64,000 nucleotides of DNA, taken from positions 57,970,001-58,034,000 of the forward strand of contig OX597832.1 of the NCBI GenBank assembly GCA_951406725.2, given 5' to 3'. This stretch comes from Octopus vulgaris. Taxonomy: Eukaryota. The notes beneath the pieces are model-generated. The model saw only the letters and a list, made by a program, of their open reading frames with translations. It did not search any database and had not been told where the DNA came from. The translations under genes and the position numbers were made by a program. The stretch's first letter is position 1; each line of letters begins with the position of its first letter. Of this stretch, positions 1-11,819 are shown in pieces.

Positions 1-88
1 TGAATATCTGCGTATATATCTGTATGTATGTGAGTATGCATATAAAAATGTGTGTATATAAGTATATACTTAGGTATATACTAGTGAA

Positions 89-422
89 GGCGCGTGGCTC
101 AGTGGTTAGAGCGTCGAGCTTACGATCGTGAGGTTGTGAGCTCGAATCCCGGACCGGGCTGCGTGTTGTGTTCTTGAGCAAGACACTTTATTTCACGTTG
201 CTCCAGTTCACTCAGCTGTAGAAATGAGTTGCGACGTCACAGGTGCCAAGCTATATCGGCCCTTGCCTTTCCCTTGGACAACATCGGTGACGTGGAGAGG
301 GGAGGCCGGTATGCGTGGGCGACTGCTGGTCTTCCATAAAACAACCTTGCCCAGACTTGTACCTCAGAGGGTAACTCTCTAGGTGCAAACCCATGGTCAG
401 TGTCTGACCGAAGGGGGTCACC
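89..422 (+). mobile_element. tRNA-derived SINE, family C (CORE-like centre), near full length
   Basis: A-box TGGCTCAGTGG at 95-105 and B-box-like GCTCGAATCC near 140. Followed by the CORE-like TGTGTTCTTGAGCAAGACACTT...CTCCAGTTCACTCAGCTG block. The 3' part recurs reversed at about 32300-32440. Confidence 0.85.
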
Positions 423-452
423 ACTTATGAATATATGCGTATATATCTGTAT

Positions 453-666
453 ACTCTTTACTCTTTTACTTGTTTCAGTCATTTGACTTCGGCCATGCTG
501 GAGCACCACCTTTAGTCGAGCAAATCGATCCAAGGACTTATTCTTTGTAAACCTAGTACTTATTCTATCGGTTCTCTTTTGCCGAACCGCTAAGTGACGG
601 GGACATAAACACACCAGCATCGGTTGTCAAGCAATGCTAAGGGGACAAACACAGACACACAAACAT

Positions 667-697
<31 letters not shown>

Positions 698-814
698 CAT
701 ATATACGACGGGCTTCTTTCGGTTTCCACCTACCAAATCCACTCTCAAGGCTTTGGTCGGCCCGAGGCTATATTAAAAGACACTTGCCCAAGATGCCACG
801 CAGTGGGACTGAAC
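453..814 (-). mobile_element. SINE family A, 5'-truncated copy
   Basis: Reverse-complement match to the full copy at 5056-5463, including the tail and the internal (CA)/(TA) tract. Confidence 0.9.
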
Positions 815-830
815 TATGTATATGATAATG

Positions 831-893
<63 letters not shown>

Positions 894-934
894 AGATAAA
901 GGAGGATATTGATGCATATATGAAGATGGAGTCT

Positions 935-1040
935 CGTGGCTTAGTGGTTAGGACGTTGGATTCATGAATATTGTTTCGATATCTTGACCGGACAATGAGT
1001 TGTGTTATTGAGCACAACACTTCATTTGACGTGGCTCCGC
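935..1040 (+). mobile_element. Degenerate family C-type SINE head
   Basis: cgtggcttagtggttagg...ttgtgttattgagcacaacacttcattt resembles 89-200. Confidence 0.55.
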
Positions 1041-1119
1041 TCAAAATCAAGGCGACTCTCTTGGGGAGGAGCTGCGATCCCTTCATATACGTAATGGACT
1101 CTTCGATCGACTATAGTTT

Positions 1120-1270
1120 ATGAGCACCTCATTGTTCGTGGAAGTGATTGACGTAATCACCTAGCGAGTTAGTGGTTGAGTATTCCGCGCACACTCACAC
1201 ATATGTACCCTTAATGTAATTTCAAGTAGAATCAGCGTAACTGTTTAACAGGCTGGAACCTTTGAGGTTG
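1120..1270 (-). mobile_element. Degenerate SINE 3' segment related to 11500-11819
   Basis: agtggttgagtattcc...gtacccttaatgtaatt...atcagcgt matches about 11580-11660. Confidence 0.5.
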
Positions 1271-1500
1271 AAAGACACCATATGAACACTTAAGAAACCA
1301 TATGCAGGGAGCGAACCCGAGACTTTATGGTTGCAAAAAAATGTACCTCTGAACTACGCGCCAATCCCTGGATGTGTGTCTGCATATACATGCATTTACA
1401 TATGTACGTATATTCCTAAAGGTATACGTAATCTTTCTCTCTCTCTCTCTCTCTCTCACACGCACACACACCACACAAACAAACACACACATGTAAACGG

Positions 1501-1600
1501 AGAAACATGCCAAATATACCAATTTCCCCGATTATTGAAAAAAATTATGAACAGATTTAATTGAATTTCGACCCTTTTTGAGGTCTCATCAGGCATGTCT
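1501..1600 (-). ncRNA. Degenerate type I hammerhead ribozyme motif with long stem III
   Basis: Minus strand: agacatgc-CTGATGA-gacct caaaa agggtc-GAAA-about 55 nt imperfect hairpin-gcatgttt. Stem I is 8 bp; the cleavage triplet is not canonical. Confidence 0.5.
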
Positions 1601-2189
1601 ACATCTGAAAATCCCAGAAAAACAAGTAGCTGTATTTATCTATATCTATCTATCTATCTATCTATATATATATATATGTATATATGCGTGTTTGTGTTTG
1701 TGTGTGTCCATGTTCATACAGACATGAATGCATGTCTGAATGTACAATAACAATTCATGTATTATGCAATTTTTTCTTCTTTTTGCTAGAATCTATATTA
1801 ATTTTACGGGTGCGTATGAAACATGGAATTCTGCTGTAAGCATTTTCCGCACCTAATTTTATCTAAAAAGAACAAAATAACATAATGATAAATTTCGTTT
1901 TTTCTATTATAATTCCTTTTATTGCATACAAATATATTTGATAAAAAAATGAATTATTAAAATCTATTACATTGGTTTATAAGAGTTTATATCAACACTT
2001 ATAGCAGTTTTGCAAAATTATGGCGATACACACAGTAAAATGGGGTTTTAAGGCAATTTAAGGTTAAAACACCAATCATTACTGGTATTACACACAAAAG
2101 TGTATTCTACCTGGTCTTTTGTCATATGTGTGTGTGCTTGTGTAGGTATATGGATAAAAATGTAAAGAAAAAATGCAAAAAACAGAGAC

Positions 2190-2330
2190 AAGTGAAAGAA
2201 CAACAAACAGGGTTGTGCTAGCATGACGCTTAAGAAAAATGGAAAACGTCTTTGACATTTCGAGCCTATGCTCGTTCACAGAAACAGATAAGAAGAGAGA
2301 ACTGATGGAAAGAGAAAAAAAAAACGTGTG
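2190..2330 (-). mobile_element. Diverged copy of hammerhead-bearing short element, family D
   Basis: gtctttgacatttcgagcctatgctcgttcacagaaa and its flanks align with 37575-37735 and with the reverse complement of 61640-61822. The core is mutated. Confidence 0.6.
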
Positions 2331-2767
2331 TATGTATGTATGTATCTTATATTTGTTTACGGGAAACGTTTTAAATATGCAAATAAAACTCATATTCCAT
2401 TATGCCGGTCAAAGTCTAATGATGCTATCTGCTGAACCAATATAATGGTACAGATATGTTGGATAAATGTAATGACAATAACAATAATCCTTGGCTGGTT
2501 ATTATTATTCATTTAATGCATCGCTACGCGCGTTTCTACAAATCACTTGGCTCTTAAGATCATAGTTTGAATTCCTGGGATGATTACAATGTTGTCCTTA
2601 GTAGCCGTGGTCATCGAGCTGATCATCTTCATGGTTTCAGCGTGACTTTTAGAATTGTAAGGTGTTAACAGTATTCCTTTCATTAATAATTGGTGTTTTG
2701 CCGTGGAATTATAATTAGGAGTAAATTCAATGCATTACACTACATGACACAAAACAAAATTATATAA

Positions 2768-2938
2768 GGTGCAGACATAGCTATGTGATAAAAAGCTTGC
2801 TTCCCAACCACATGGTTCCGGATTCAGTCCCACTGCTTGGCACCTTGGGCAAGTGTCTTCTATTCTAGCCTCAAGTTGTCCAAAGCCATGTGAGTTGATT
2901 TGGTAGATGGAGACTGAAAGAAGTACGTCGTATTTATT

Positions 2939-2981
<43 letters not shown>

Positions 2982-3204
2982 ACGCGTGTGTCTTTGCTTC
3001 TTTGTTTGTCGCCACCAAGCGTTTGACAACCGATGATGGTGTATTTAAATCCCTGTAACCTAGTGGTTCGACAAAGAGAGAACGGTAGAATAAATAGCAG
3101 GCTTTTACAAAATAAGTACTAGGGTCGATATATTCAACTAAAAATTCAAGGCGGTGCCTCAGCATGGTCGCAGTTTAACATCTGAAACAAAGAGAGAATA
3201 AAAG
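2768..3204 (+). mobile_element. SINE family A
   Basis: Diverged tRNA-like head, GGCACCTTGGGCAAGTGTCTTCT core, internal microsatellite, and GCGGTGCCTCAGCATGG tail. Confidence 0.88.
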
Positions 3205-3254
3205 CAAAACTATGTAGGAAGTTAGTGCTCAACACGTCTAGCAAAATTTGTTAG

Positions 3255-3545
3255 TCCCTCGTAGTTAAAGACGGTTCTGAAATTTCTTGCTGAACAAATC
3301 TGCACAAATGCTTTATTTTATAGTGATCAAATATTAGCGTTGTGTATTAGCTCATTCTCTGCCTCAAACCGATGTTACCTGAACAGGTACACGGTGTACC
3401 AAGCGTCAGGTGTCAAAGAGATAACGGAACAACGTGAAATGATGTTTTTTGCTCAAGAACACAACACACTAGACGGTCTAGCAATTGGAACCATGCTCCC
3501 GCCATCGTGAGTGCATCAACCTGACTGCTAGGCCGTGCACCCTCA
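3255..3545 (-). mobile_element. tRNA/CORE-like SINE related to 61165-61440
   Basis: Minus strand tgtgttcttgagcaaaaaacatcatttcacg...cacctgacgcttggtacaccgtg...cactataaataaagcatttgtgcag is shared with the 61.2 kb copy. Confidence 0.7.
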
Positions 3546-3720
3546 CACAACAGATCCCTAGTTTACAGAGCCCTACTTACATAAAAAATGTCTACTCTCC
3601 GCGCGCTAAAATACAGAGGATGTCCATCCTCTTGCGTATTCTCCACTTCCATCAGCGCGCACACACACACACACACATACACACACATCCACGCATTCCA
3701 TTCTTTGTAATATAAATAAT

Positions 3721-4376
3721 CCTTTCTACTATAGACACGAGGCCTGAAATTTTGGGGGTGCAGGAGCTAGTCGATTACGACGACCCCAGTAGGAGTGGCT
3801 GTTTGGTAAGTAGCTTGCTTACCAGCCACATGCTTCCGGGTTCAGTCCCACTGCGTGGCACCTTGAGCATTTGTCTTCTACTATAGTCTCGGGCCGACCA
3901 AAGCCTTGTGAATGGATATGGTAGACGGAAACTGAAAGAAGCCCCTCGTATGTGTGTGTGTATATATATATCTATATATATATATGTGTGTGTGTGTGTG
4001 AGTGTGTGTGTGTATGTGTGTGTATATGTTTGTGACTGTTTATCACCCCCCCACCCAACATCGCTTGACAACCGATGCTGGTGCGTTTACGTCCCCGTAA
4101 CTTAGCGGTTCGGCAAAAGAGACCGATAGAATAAGTAATAGGCTTACAAAGAATAAGTCCGCGGGGCGATTTGCTCAACTAAAGGCGGTGCTCCAGCATG
4201 GCCGCAGTCAAATGACTGAAACAAGTGAAAGAGTAACTGGTACTTAATTTATCGTCCCCGAAACGAATAAAGGCAAAATCGACCTGGGCGGAATTTGAAC
4301 TCAGAATGTAAAAATGGGCAAAATACCGCTAAGCACTTCGTCCGGCGTGCTAACAATTCTGCAAATTCACTGCCTT
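3721..4376 (-). mobile_element. SINE family B (Meta-like domain), interrupted by a family A insertion
   Basis: 3721-3790 and 4235-4376 join into one family B element (cgaccccagt|aactggtacttaatttatcg). Confidence 0.85.
3791..4234 (+). mobile_element. SINE family A nested inside family B
   Basis: Family A sequence from aggagtggctg to gaaacaagtgaaagagt. Confidence 0.92.
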
Positions 4377-4394
4377 ATATGTATTATAAATAAT

Positions 4395-4790
4395 CTTTTC
4401 TACTGTAGGCACAAAGCCCGAAATTTTTGGCGAGGGGCCAGTCGATTAGATCGATCCCAGTACGCAACTGGTACTTAATTTATCGACCCGAAAGGATGAA
4501 AGGCAAAGTCAACCTCAGCGGAATTTGAACTCAGAACATAAAGACAGACGAAATATCTATTTCTTTACTACCCACAAGGGGCTAAACACAGAGAGGACAA
4601 ACAAGGACAGACAAACGGATTAAGTCGATTATATCGATCCCAGTGCGTAACTGGTACTTAATTTATCGACCCCGAAACGATGAAAGGCAAAGTCAACCTC
4701 GGCTGAATTTGAACTCAGAACGCAACGGCAGACGAAATACGGCTACGCATTTCGCCCGGTGAGCTAACGATTCTGATAACTCGCCGCCTT
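4395..4790 (-). mobile_element. Dimeric SINE family B
   Basis: Two GTTCAAATTC...GCCTTTCATC.TTTCGGG.TCGATAAATTAAGTACCAG modules. Same architecture as 13401-13806. Confidence 0.88.
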
Positions 4791-5055
4791 ATATGTAAAA
4801 TAAATAATGTCAAATGTCTGAAGGCTATTTAATCGTTTTGATGCACTTGCGTCTGAAACCGCTTGTGGGTCTGCGATTTAAAGTAATATCAATCAAAGTT
4901 TCACGATAATTTACATTATAAAATCCAGTTTAATAATTACGAAGTTATTTTCGGAGATCGTTATTTTCATAATTAATGGAAACAAAAACTCTGTATATTT
5001 CAAGCTGAAATATAGCAGCAATAGCAACAAAAAACAAAAAAAAAAAATTAGAACA

Positions 5056-5463
5056 GGCGCAGGAGTGGCTGTGTGGTAAGTAGCTTGCTAATCAACCACA
5101 TGGTTCCGGGTTCAGTCCCACTGCGTGGCACCTTGGTCAAGTGTCTTCTGCTATAGCCCCGGGCCGACCAATGCCTTGTGAGTGGATTTGGTAGACGGAA
5201 ACTGAAAGAAGCCTGTCGTATATATGTATATATATATAAATATGTATGTGTGTTTGTGTGTCTGTGTTTGTCCCCCTAGCATTGCTTGACAACTGATGCT
5301 GGTGTGTTTACGTCCCCGTAACTTAGCGGTTCGGCAAAAGAGACCGATAGAATAAGTACTAGGCTTACAAAGAATAAGTCCTGGGGTCGAGTTGCTCGAT
5401 TAAAGGCGGTGCTCCAGCATGGCCGCAGTCAAATGACTGAAACAAGTAAAAGAGTAAAGAGAG
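5056..5463 (+). mobile_element. SINE family A, full length (used as reference copy)
   Basis: GGCGCAGGAGTGGCTGTGTGGTAAG head, GGTTCAGTCCC B-box-like motif, CORE-like block, internal (TA)(TG) tract, and tail GCGGTGCTCCAGCATGGCCGCAGTCAAATGACTGAAACAAGTAAAAGAG. Confidence 0.93.
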
Positions 5464-5785
5464 ATGTATGAAATGGAGTCTAGCTAAAATGTTAGGTAGA
5501 GAAACCATTTCTACGAACTCAAACTGGATTAAATAAAAAAATAAAAGAAGAAAGCTCACAAAGTAAAGACAGATATTTCGTCAAAAGAAACACAAGAGAC
5601 ACAATATGCTGATCCCTAAATGATGACAACGAAAACAAAATGGCGGCGTCGTGCAGGTTGGGCAAGGTAGAAATATCTTGCGGAAATGGAAACTGAGACT
5701 CCAGCTATTAGGAACGTTATCTGCTGGGATATATCTTCTAAACAGCTGCTTCAGTTCTCTTTCTCATGCGTAAACAAATGCGCAT

Positions 5786-5789
<4 letters not shown>

Positions 5790-5854
<65 letters not shown>

Positions 5855-5907
5855 GATATATACGTATATATGCGTATATATATATATGCAGATATATATG
5901 TAGATAA

Positions 5908-5992
<85 letters not shown>

Positions 5993-6549
5993 GACAGATA
6001 ATGTAGATATAGAGATAAATATATATATATGCAGATATATATGTAGATAAATATATGTATATATATATATATAGATAAAATATATATATATATATGCAGA
6101 TATATATATGTATGTATATATATATATATAGATAAATATATATATATATATGCAGATATATATATGTATGTATATATATATATATATATAGATATATATA
6201 TATATATATGCAGATATATATATGTATGTTATATATATATATATATATATAGATAAATATATATATATATATGCAGATATATATATGTATGTATATATAT
6301 ATATATATAGATAATATATATATATATATGCAGATATATATATTATGTATATATATATATATATATAGATAAATATATATATATATATGCAGATATATAT
6401 ATTATGTATATATATATATATATAATATATATATATATATATGCAGATATATATATGTATATATATATATATATAGATAAATATATATATATATATGCAG
6501 ATATATATATATATATATATATATATAGATAATATATATATATATATGC

Positions 6550-6586
<37 letters not shown>

Positions 6587-6711
6587 TAATATATATATAT
6601 ATATGCAGATATATATATGTATTATATATATATATATATATATAATATATATATATATGCAGATATATATGTAGATATATATAGTATATATATATATATA
6701 TATATATATGC

Positions 6712-6746
<35 letters not shown>

Positions 6747-6753
6747 GATAAAA

Positions 6754-6825
<72 letters not shown>

Positions 6826-6832
6826 GATAAAA

Positions 6833-6863
<31 letters not shown>

Positions 6864-6908
6864 GCAGATAAAATATATGTATATATATATATATATATAT
6901 ATGCAGAT

Positions 6909-6946
<38 letters not shown>

Positions 6947-6993
6947 GATAAAATATATAAATATAATATATATATATATATATGCAGATAAAA

Positions 6994-7029
<36 letters not shown>

Positions 7030-7096
7030 TAAAATATATATATATATATTATATATATATATATAAAATATATAAAAAAATATAATATATATGCAG

Positions 7097-7135
<39 letters not shown>

Positions 7136-7292
7136 ATATAATATATTATAAATATATATATATATATATATGCAGATAAAATATATATATATATATATAT
7201 ATATATGCAGATAAAATATATATATATATATATATGCAGATAAAATATATGTATATATATATATATATATATATGCAGATATATATGTAGAT

Positions 7293-7330
<38 letters not shown>

Positions 7331-7349
7331 GATATATATGTAGATAAAA

Positions 7350-7394
<45 letters not shown>

Positions 7395-7452
7395 GGACAG
7401 ATAATGTAGATATATAGATAAATATATATATGCAGATACATATGTAGATAAA

Positions 7453-7486
<34 letters not shown>

Positions 7487-7490
7487 CATA
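5790..7490. repeat. Compound (TA)n array punctuated by GCAGA/AGATAA
   Basis: About 1.7 kb of (TA)n with a recurring atatgcagata motif. Confidence 0.95.
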
Positions 7491-8373
7491 CACATACATA
7501 CATTATATATGTTCAATTTTTTCCTTCCTCTTCTAATTATCTGCGGTTTCATCCATCGTAAATCTAAAATATTGGTAGAGATTTCCGTAGCAGAAATCGT
7601 CAAAAATGCTCTCTATTAATTCAGGGAATCCGGGCTTTACTATCATATCACCTTTTTTTTATTATACTAAAAGTATATACATATTTTTTATCCTACTAAC
7701 TTTCTCCAAAGCATAAAACAGCTCATTGTCTATTTCTCCCGGGCGTTGGACGTTATCTTTCTCGCATTCATTTTTACATTTTCTTTTTTTTCCATCTTTC
7801 CGGATATCGTTGACAAAAATGTCTAGAGTTTCTGGCAGATAGTTTGGAAAATGTCATATCTCCATGAATATTCCTTGATGTATCTGGCATTTTCGCTGCA
7901 CCCCCAGAAGCGTATAATTTCATCGCAGCCTATGTAAATATTGAAGCCAGCAACTTGGCGGACATGTTGAAATAGATAGTCAGTCAGACACTCTCTCTCT
8001 CTTTCTCTCTCTCTCTCTCCACACACACAAACAGCTAAACTTAGTCACACGCAAACTTTCATATATAGCCATCATATACATGCAAACATATACAAAAGAA
8101 AGTACACACATATATGTAAATATATATATATATGCTAATATGTAAATATATATATATGCTGACACGCACGCAGATACACATAGTAATAGAGACATACGCA
8201 TAACCATGCATGGTTATACGCATACATTCTGACGACAGAGGCGGAATTATATCGTGAATAATTCTTGAATATATACATAATTTATTGTTGTTTACATCTG
8301 ATGAATACATACACACATACACTCACGTATGTGTGTGTCTGTGTGTCTCTCTCTGTATATATACATATATATG

Positions 8374-8434
<61 letters not shown>

Positions 8435-8636
8435 GTATATATATGTATGTATGTATGTATATATATATGTATGTATATATATATATGTGCTTATGTCTGT
8501 CAGGTAGTGTGTGTATATATGTGTGCATACAAACAGATGAGATCGTATATTTTATTTGCATGATACGTATCTCTCTTTCTCTCTCGCCTTCCTCTCACTC
8601 TAAAAATGCGTATATATTACATTTATACGCACACAC

Positions 8637-8695
<59 letters not shown>

Positions 8696-8968
8696 GAAAC
8701 AGGGGATGAAATCATGTGATATATACGCAGACATAAGTTTATAGGCTCTCACACATATTGAATATATACGTGCGTGCAGGCATTTAGGTAAACACATACA
8801 AGCAGAAGGATATATTTAGCCATACATACATGGATAACGCATACATACACGGATACACGCATACATGCATGCATACATACATACATTACTGTTAGTCATT
8901 AAATAACATTTATATTCAGTCGCACACGCAAGCACAAATTCGCTCTTAGACATGGATATATATATATA

Positions 8969-9351
8969 CTAGCAGTATCACCCGGCGTTGCTCGGGTTTG
9001 TAAGGGAAATAACTATATAAGCATTTTTAGAGTTATAGCCAAAAAATAGCAAAAAATGCATTAAAAATGGAATGATAATTTTTTTTTAAATCGTTGACTC
9101 ATCGTAGACATTTTTAGAGAGTTACTTCCCTAATATAATAGCGAAAAAAATGCATTAAAATAGAGAAAAATGGTAAATTTTTTTTTAAATCGTACACTCA
9201 TCGTAGACGCACGCTAATACCCAGAAGGGCTTGATATGAATCACGACTATAAGATACCCGGTTTTGGTTAAACTGCACCGCAAAATGTGGGAGTAGTTAG
9301 GAATCTAAATCGTAGGAGACAGACACACAACTTGACTTTTATATATAAAGA
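8969..9351 (-). mobile_element. Non-autonomous Helitron, element 1
   Basis: Minus strand starts TC (9351-9350) and ends CTAG (8972-8969) followed by T. Subterminal hairpin cccgagcaacgccggg at 8981-8996. Contains an internal ~115 bp tandem duplication. Confidence 0.75.
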
Positions 9352-9736
9352 CTAGCAGTATCGCCCGGCGTTGCTCAGGTTTGTAAGGGAAATAACTATA
9401 AAGCATTTTTAGAGAGTTATAGCCAAAAAATAGCAAAAAAATGGAAAAAAATTATGGTAAATTTTTTTTTGAGAGTAAAAAAAGGTTGAGTTGCGTCCCT
9501 AGACAGTCTGTGGTTTGTTTTTTTTTATTCTCGACCCCATGTCGAATTTATCGATTTTTTCAGAACTGGGGTTAACTTTTCAAAATTTTCGCTGCGTTAG
9601 TTTTGAATTATGACATTGGGCTATGTGTGTGTCAAGTTTCATCAGAATCGGTTGAAAGCCGTGGTCAGGGTGAGGGTACGAGAAAACAGACACACAGAAA
9701 CACGCACAGACAAACTGCCGTTTATATATAGAAAGA
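9352..9736 (-). mobile_element. Non-autonomous Helitron, element 2
   Basis: Minus strand A|TC at 9737/9736 and CTAG end at 9355-9352. Shares its 3' ~90 bp and hairpin with element 1. The gtgtcaagtttcatcagaatcgg...cagacaaac block is typical of Lep1/HINE-like elements. Confidence 0.75.
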
Positions 9737-9742
9737 TATATG

Positions 9743-10073
9743 CTTTTATTCTTATTTGTTCGTCATTTCATAGCGGCCATACTGGAGCATCCCAGAACTT
9801 ATTCTTTGTAAGTCTAGTGTCTTTGCCAAACTGCTATGTTACAGGGACGTAAACACACCAGCATCGGTTGTCAAGCGATGGTGGGAGGACAGACACACAC
9901 ATATACATATATATAAATACGATGGGCTTCTTACAGTTTCCGCACACCAAATCCATTCACAAGGCTTTGGTTGGCCCGAGGCTATAGTAGAAGTCCCTTG
10001 CCCAAGGTGCCACACAGTGGGACTGAACTCGGGACCATGTGGTTGAGAAGCAAACTCCTTACCACACAGCCAC
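9743..10073 (-). mobile_element. SINE family A
   Basis: Reverse-complement match to 5056-5463, with deletions near the tail. Confidence 0.88.
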
Positions 10074-10296
10074 ACACACCGTGTATATATTCTCTCTGTC
10101 TGTATGTCACTCTCTATCTTACACTTGTTGATAGAGGCATACACCTGCATACACCTATGTATTTCAGCATGTATTTTGCAACAAACATTCACCAAAATGA
10201 TACACACTCACAAACACACACACAAACACTCAAACACACATACGCATAAACACATACACACAAACACACAAATACGTATACATATGCATGCAGGTG

Positions 10297-10426
10297 TAAT
10301 CCCCGAAGAGGCCTTATGATATTTTTGTAAATATCTCATTTATATCTATATATTGACCTACCATAAAAGGCTAATATTGGTAAAATGAGACATATTTATC
10401 TACATGGCCGAAACAGCTGTAAGATG
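10297..10426 (+). ncRNA. Type I hammerhead ribozyme motif with elongated stem II
   Basis: CCGAAGA-ggcc...[taaatatctcattt/aaatgagacatattta]...ggcc-GAAAC-agct-GTA. Palindromic stem III ACAGCTGT. A T-rich tail runs to (TA)n at about 10650. Confidence 0.65.
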
Positions 10427-10720
10427 TAATCTATACTTATATTTACTTATATGTATAGTCTCTTTTATATATATTCTACTTATTATACCTCATTACTCTT
10501 TTATGTACGCTTTTTTATGTACACTACTGTATGTACACTGATTTGTTCTGCTTTTTATATGTAACCCTACAGTCTCTTATGTGATGGTTTAATAAAGTAT
10601 GTGATTGAGTATTATCGTGTAATTGATGTATTTCTCCATTTTCTTATCTTATATATATATATATATATATGTCTAGATGTATATGTACACACACTGACAA
10701 GCACACACACACACATATCC

Positions 10721-11104
10721 CTTTTTCTCTTTTTACTTGTTCAGTCATTTTGACTGCGGTCATGCTGGTGCACCGCCTTTAATCGAGCAACTCGACCCCG
10801 GGACTTATTCTTTGTAAGCCCAGTACTTATTCTATCGGTCTCTTTTGCCGAACCGCTAAGTGACGGGGACATAAACACACCAGCATCGGTTGTGAAGCCA
10901 TGCTAGGGGGACAAACACAGACACACAAACATACACGCACATACATATACATATATACGACGGGCTTCTTTCAGTTTCCGTCTACCAAATCCACTCACAG
11001 GGCTTTGGTCGGCCCAAGGCTATAGTAGAAGACGCTTGCCCAAGGTGCCACGCAGTGAGACTGAACCCGGAACCATGTGGTTGGTAAACAAGCTACTTAC
11101 CACA
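10721..11104 (-). mobile_element. SINE family A
   Basis: High identity to the reverse complement of 5056-5463. Confidence 0.92.
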
Positions 11105-11352
11105 TGCATGTGTATATATGCTTGTGTGTAAATAAATGTATATGCATACACACCGACAGACAAGCACACACTCAAACACATACAAACATTCACATACACA
11201 TACAAACGCACATACACAAACACACACATGTATACGTATGTATGCATGTGTATACATATATGTGTGTAAATGTATATGCACACACACTGACAGACTAGCT
11301 CACACACTCATACATACGTACACAAACATATATATGTATAGATATGTATGCA

Positions 11353-11414
<62 letters not shown>

Positions 11415-11499
11415 AGTGTGCGTGTGAGTGTGTGTATGTAAATATATATGCACACACACTGATTGACAAGCATACACACACATACACACATGTATATGA

Positions 11500-11819
11500 C
11501 GTCTAATGGTACTCCGTCAGTTACGACGAGGGTTCCAACTGATCCAATCAACGGAACAGCCTGCTTGTGAAATCAACAAGTGGCTGAGTATTCCATAGAA
11601 ACGTGTACCTTTAATGTAGTTCTCAGGGAGATCAGCGTGACAGGGAATGTGATAAGGCTGGTTCTTTAGAAATACAGTTACTACTCATTTTTGCCAGCTG
11701 AGTGGATTGGAGCAACGTGAAATAAAGTGTCTTGCTCAAGGACAGAATGCATCGCCGGGAATTGAACTCTCAACCTTATGATCGTGAGTCGAATACCCTA
11801 ACCACTGAGCCACGTGCCT
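11500..11819 (-). mobile_element. tRNA/CORE-like SINE (family C-type head, different 3' half)
   Basis: Minus strand ggcacgtggctcagtggttagg...gttcaattccc...tgtccttgagcaagacactttatttcacgttgctcc. Confidence 0.85.

Noticed and set aside
89-160. tRNA-like sequences (also about 11750-11819, 31300-31373 and the family A heads)
   Set aside because: No complete cloverleaf or acceptor stem, and they run directly into SINE bodies. These are SINE heads, not tRNA genes.
7540-7990. Complex-sequence patch with a short minus-strand ORF
   Set aside because: Multiple stops, no recognisable domain and no clear splice sites.
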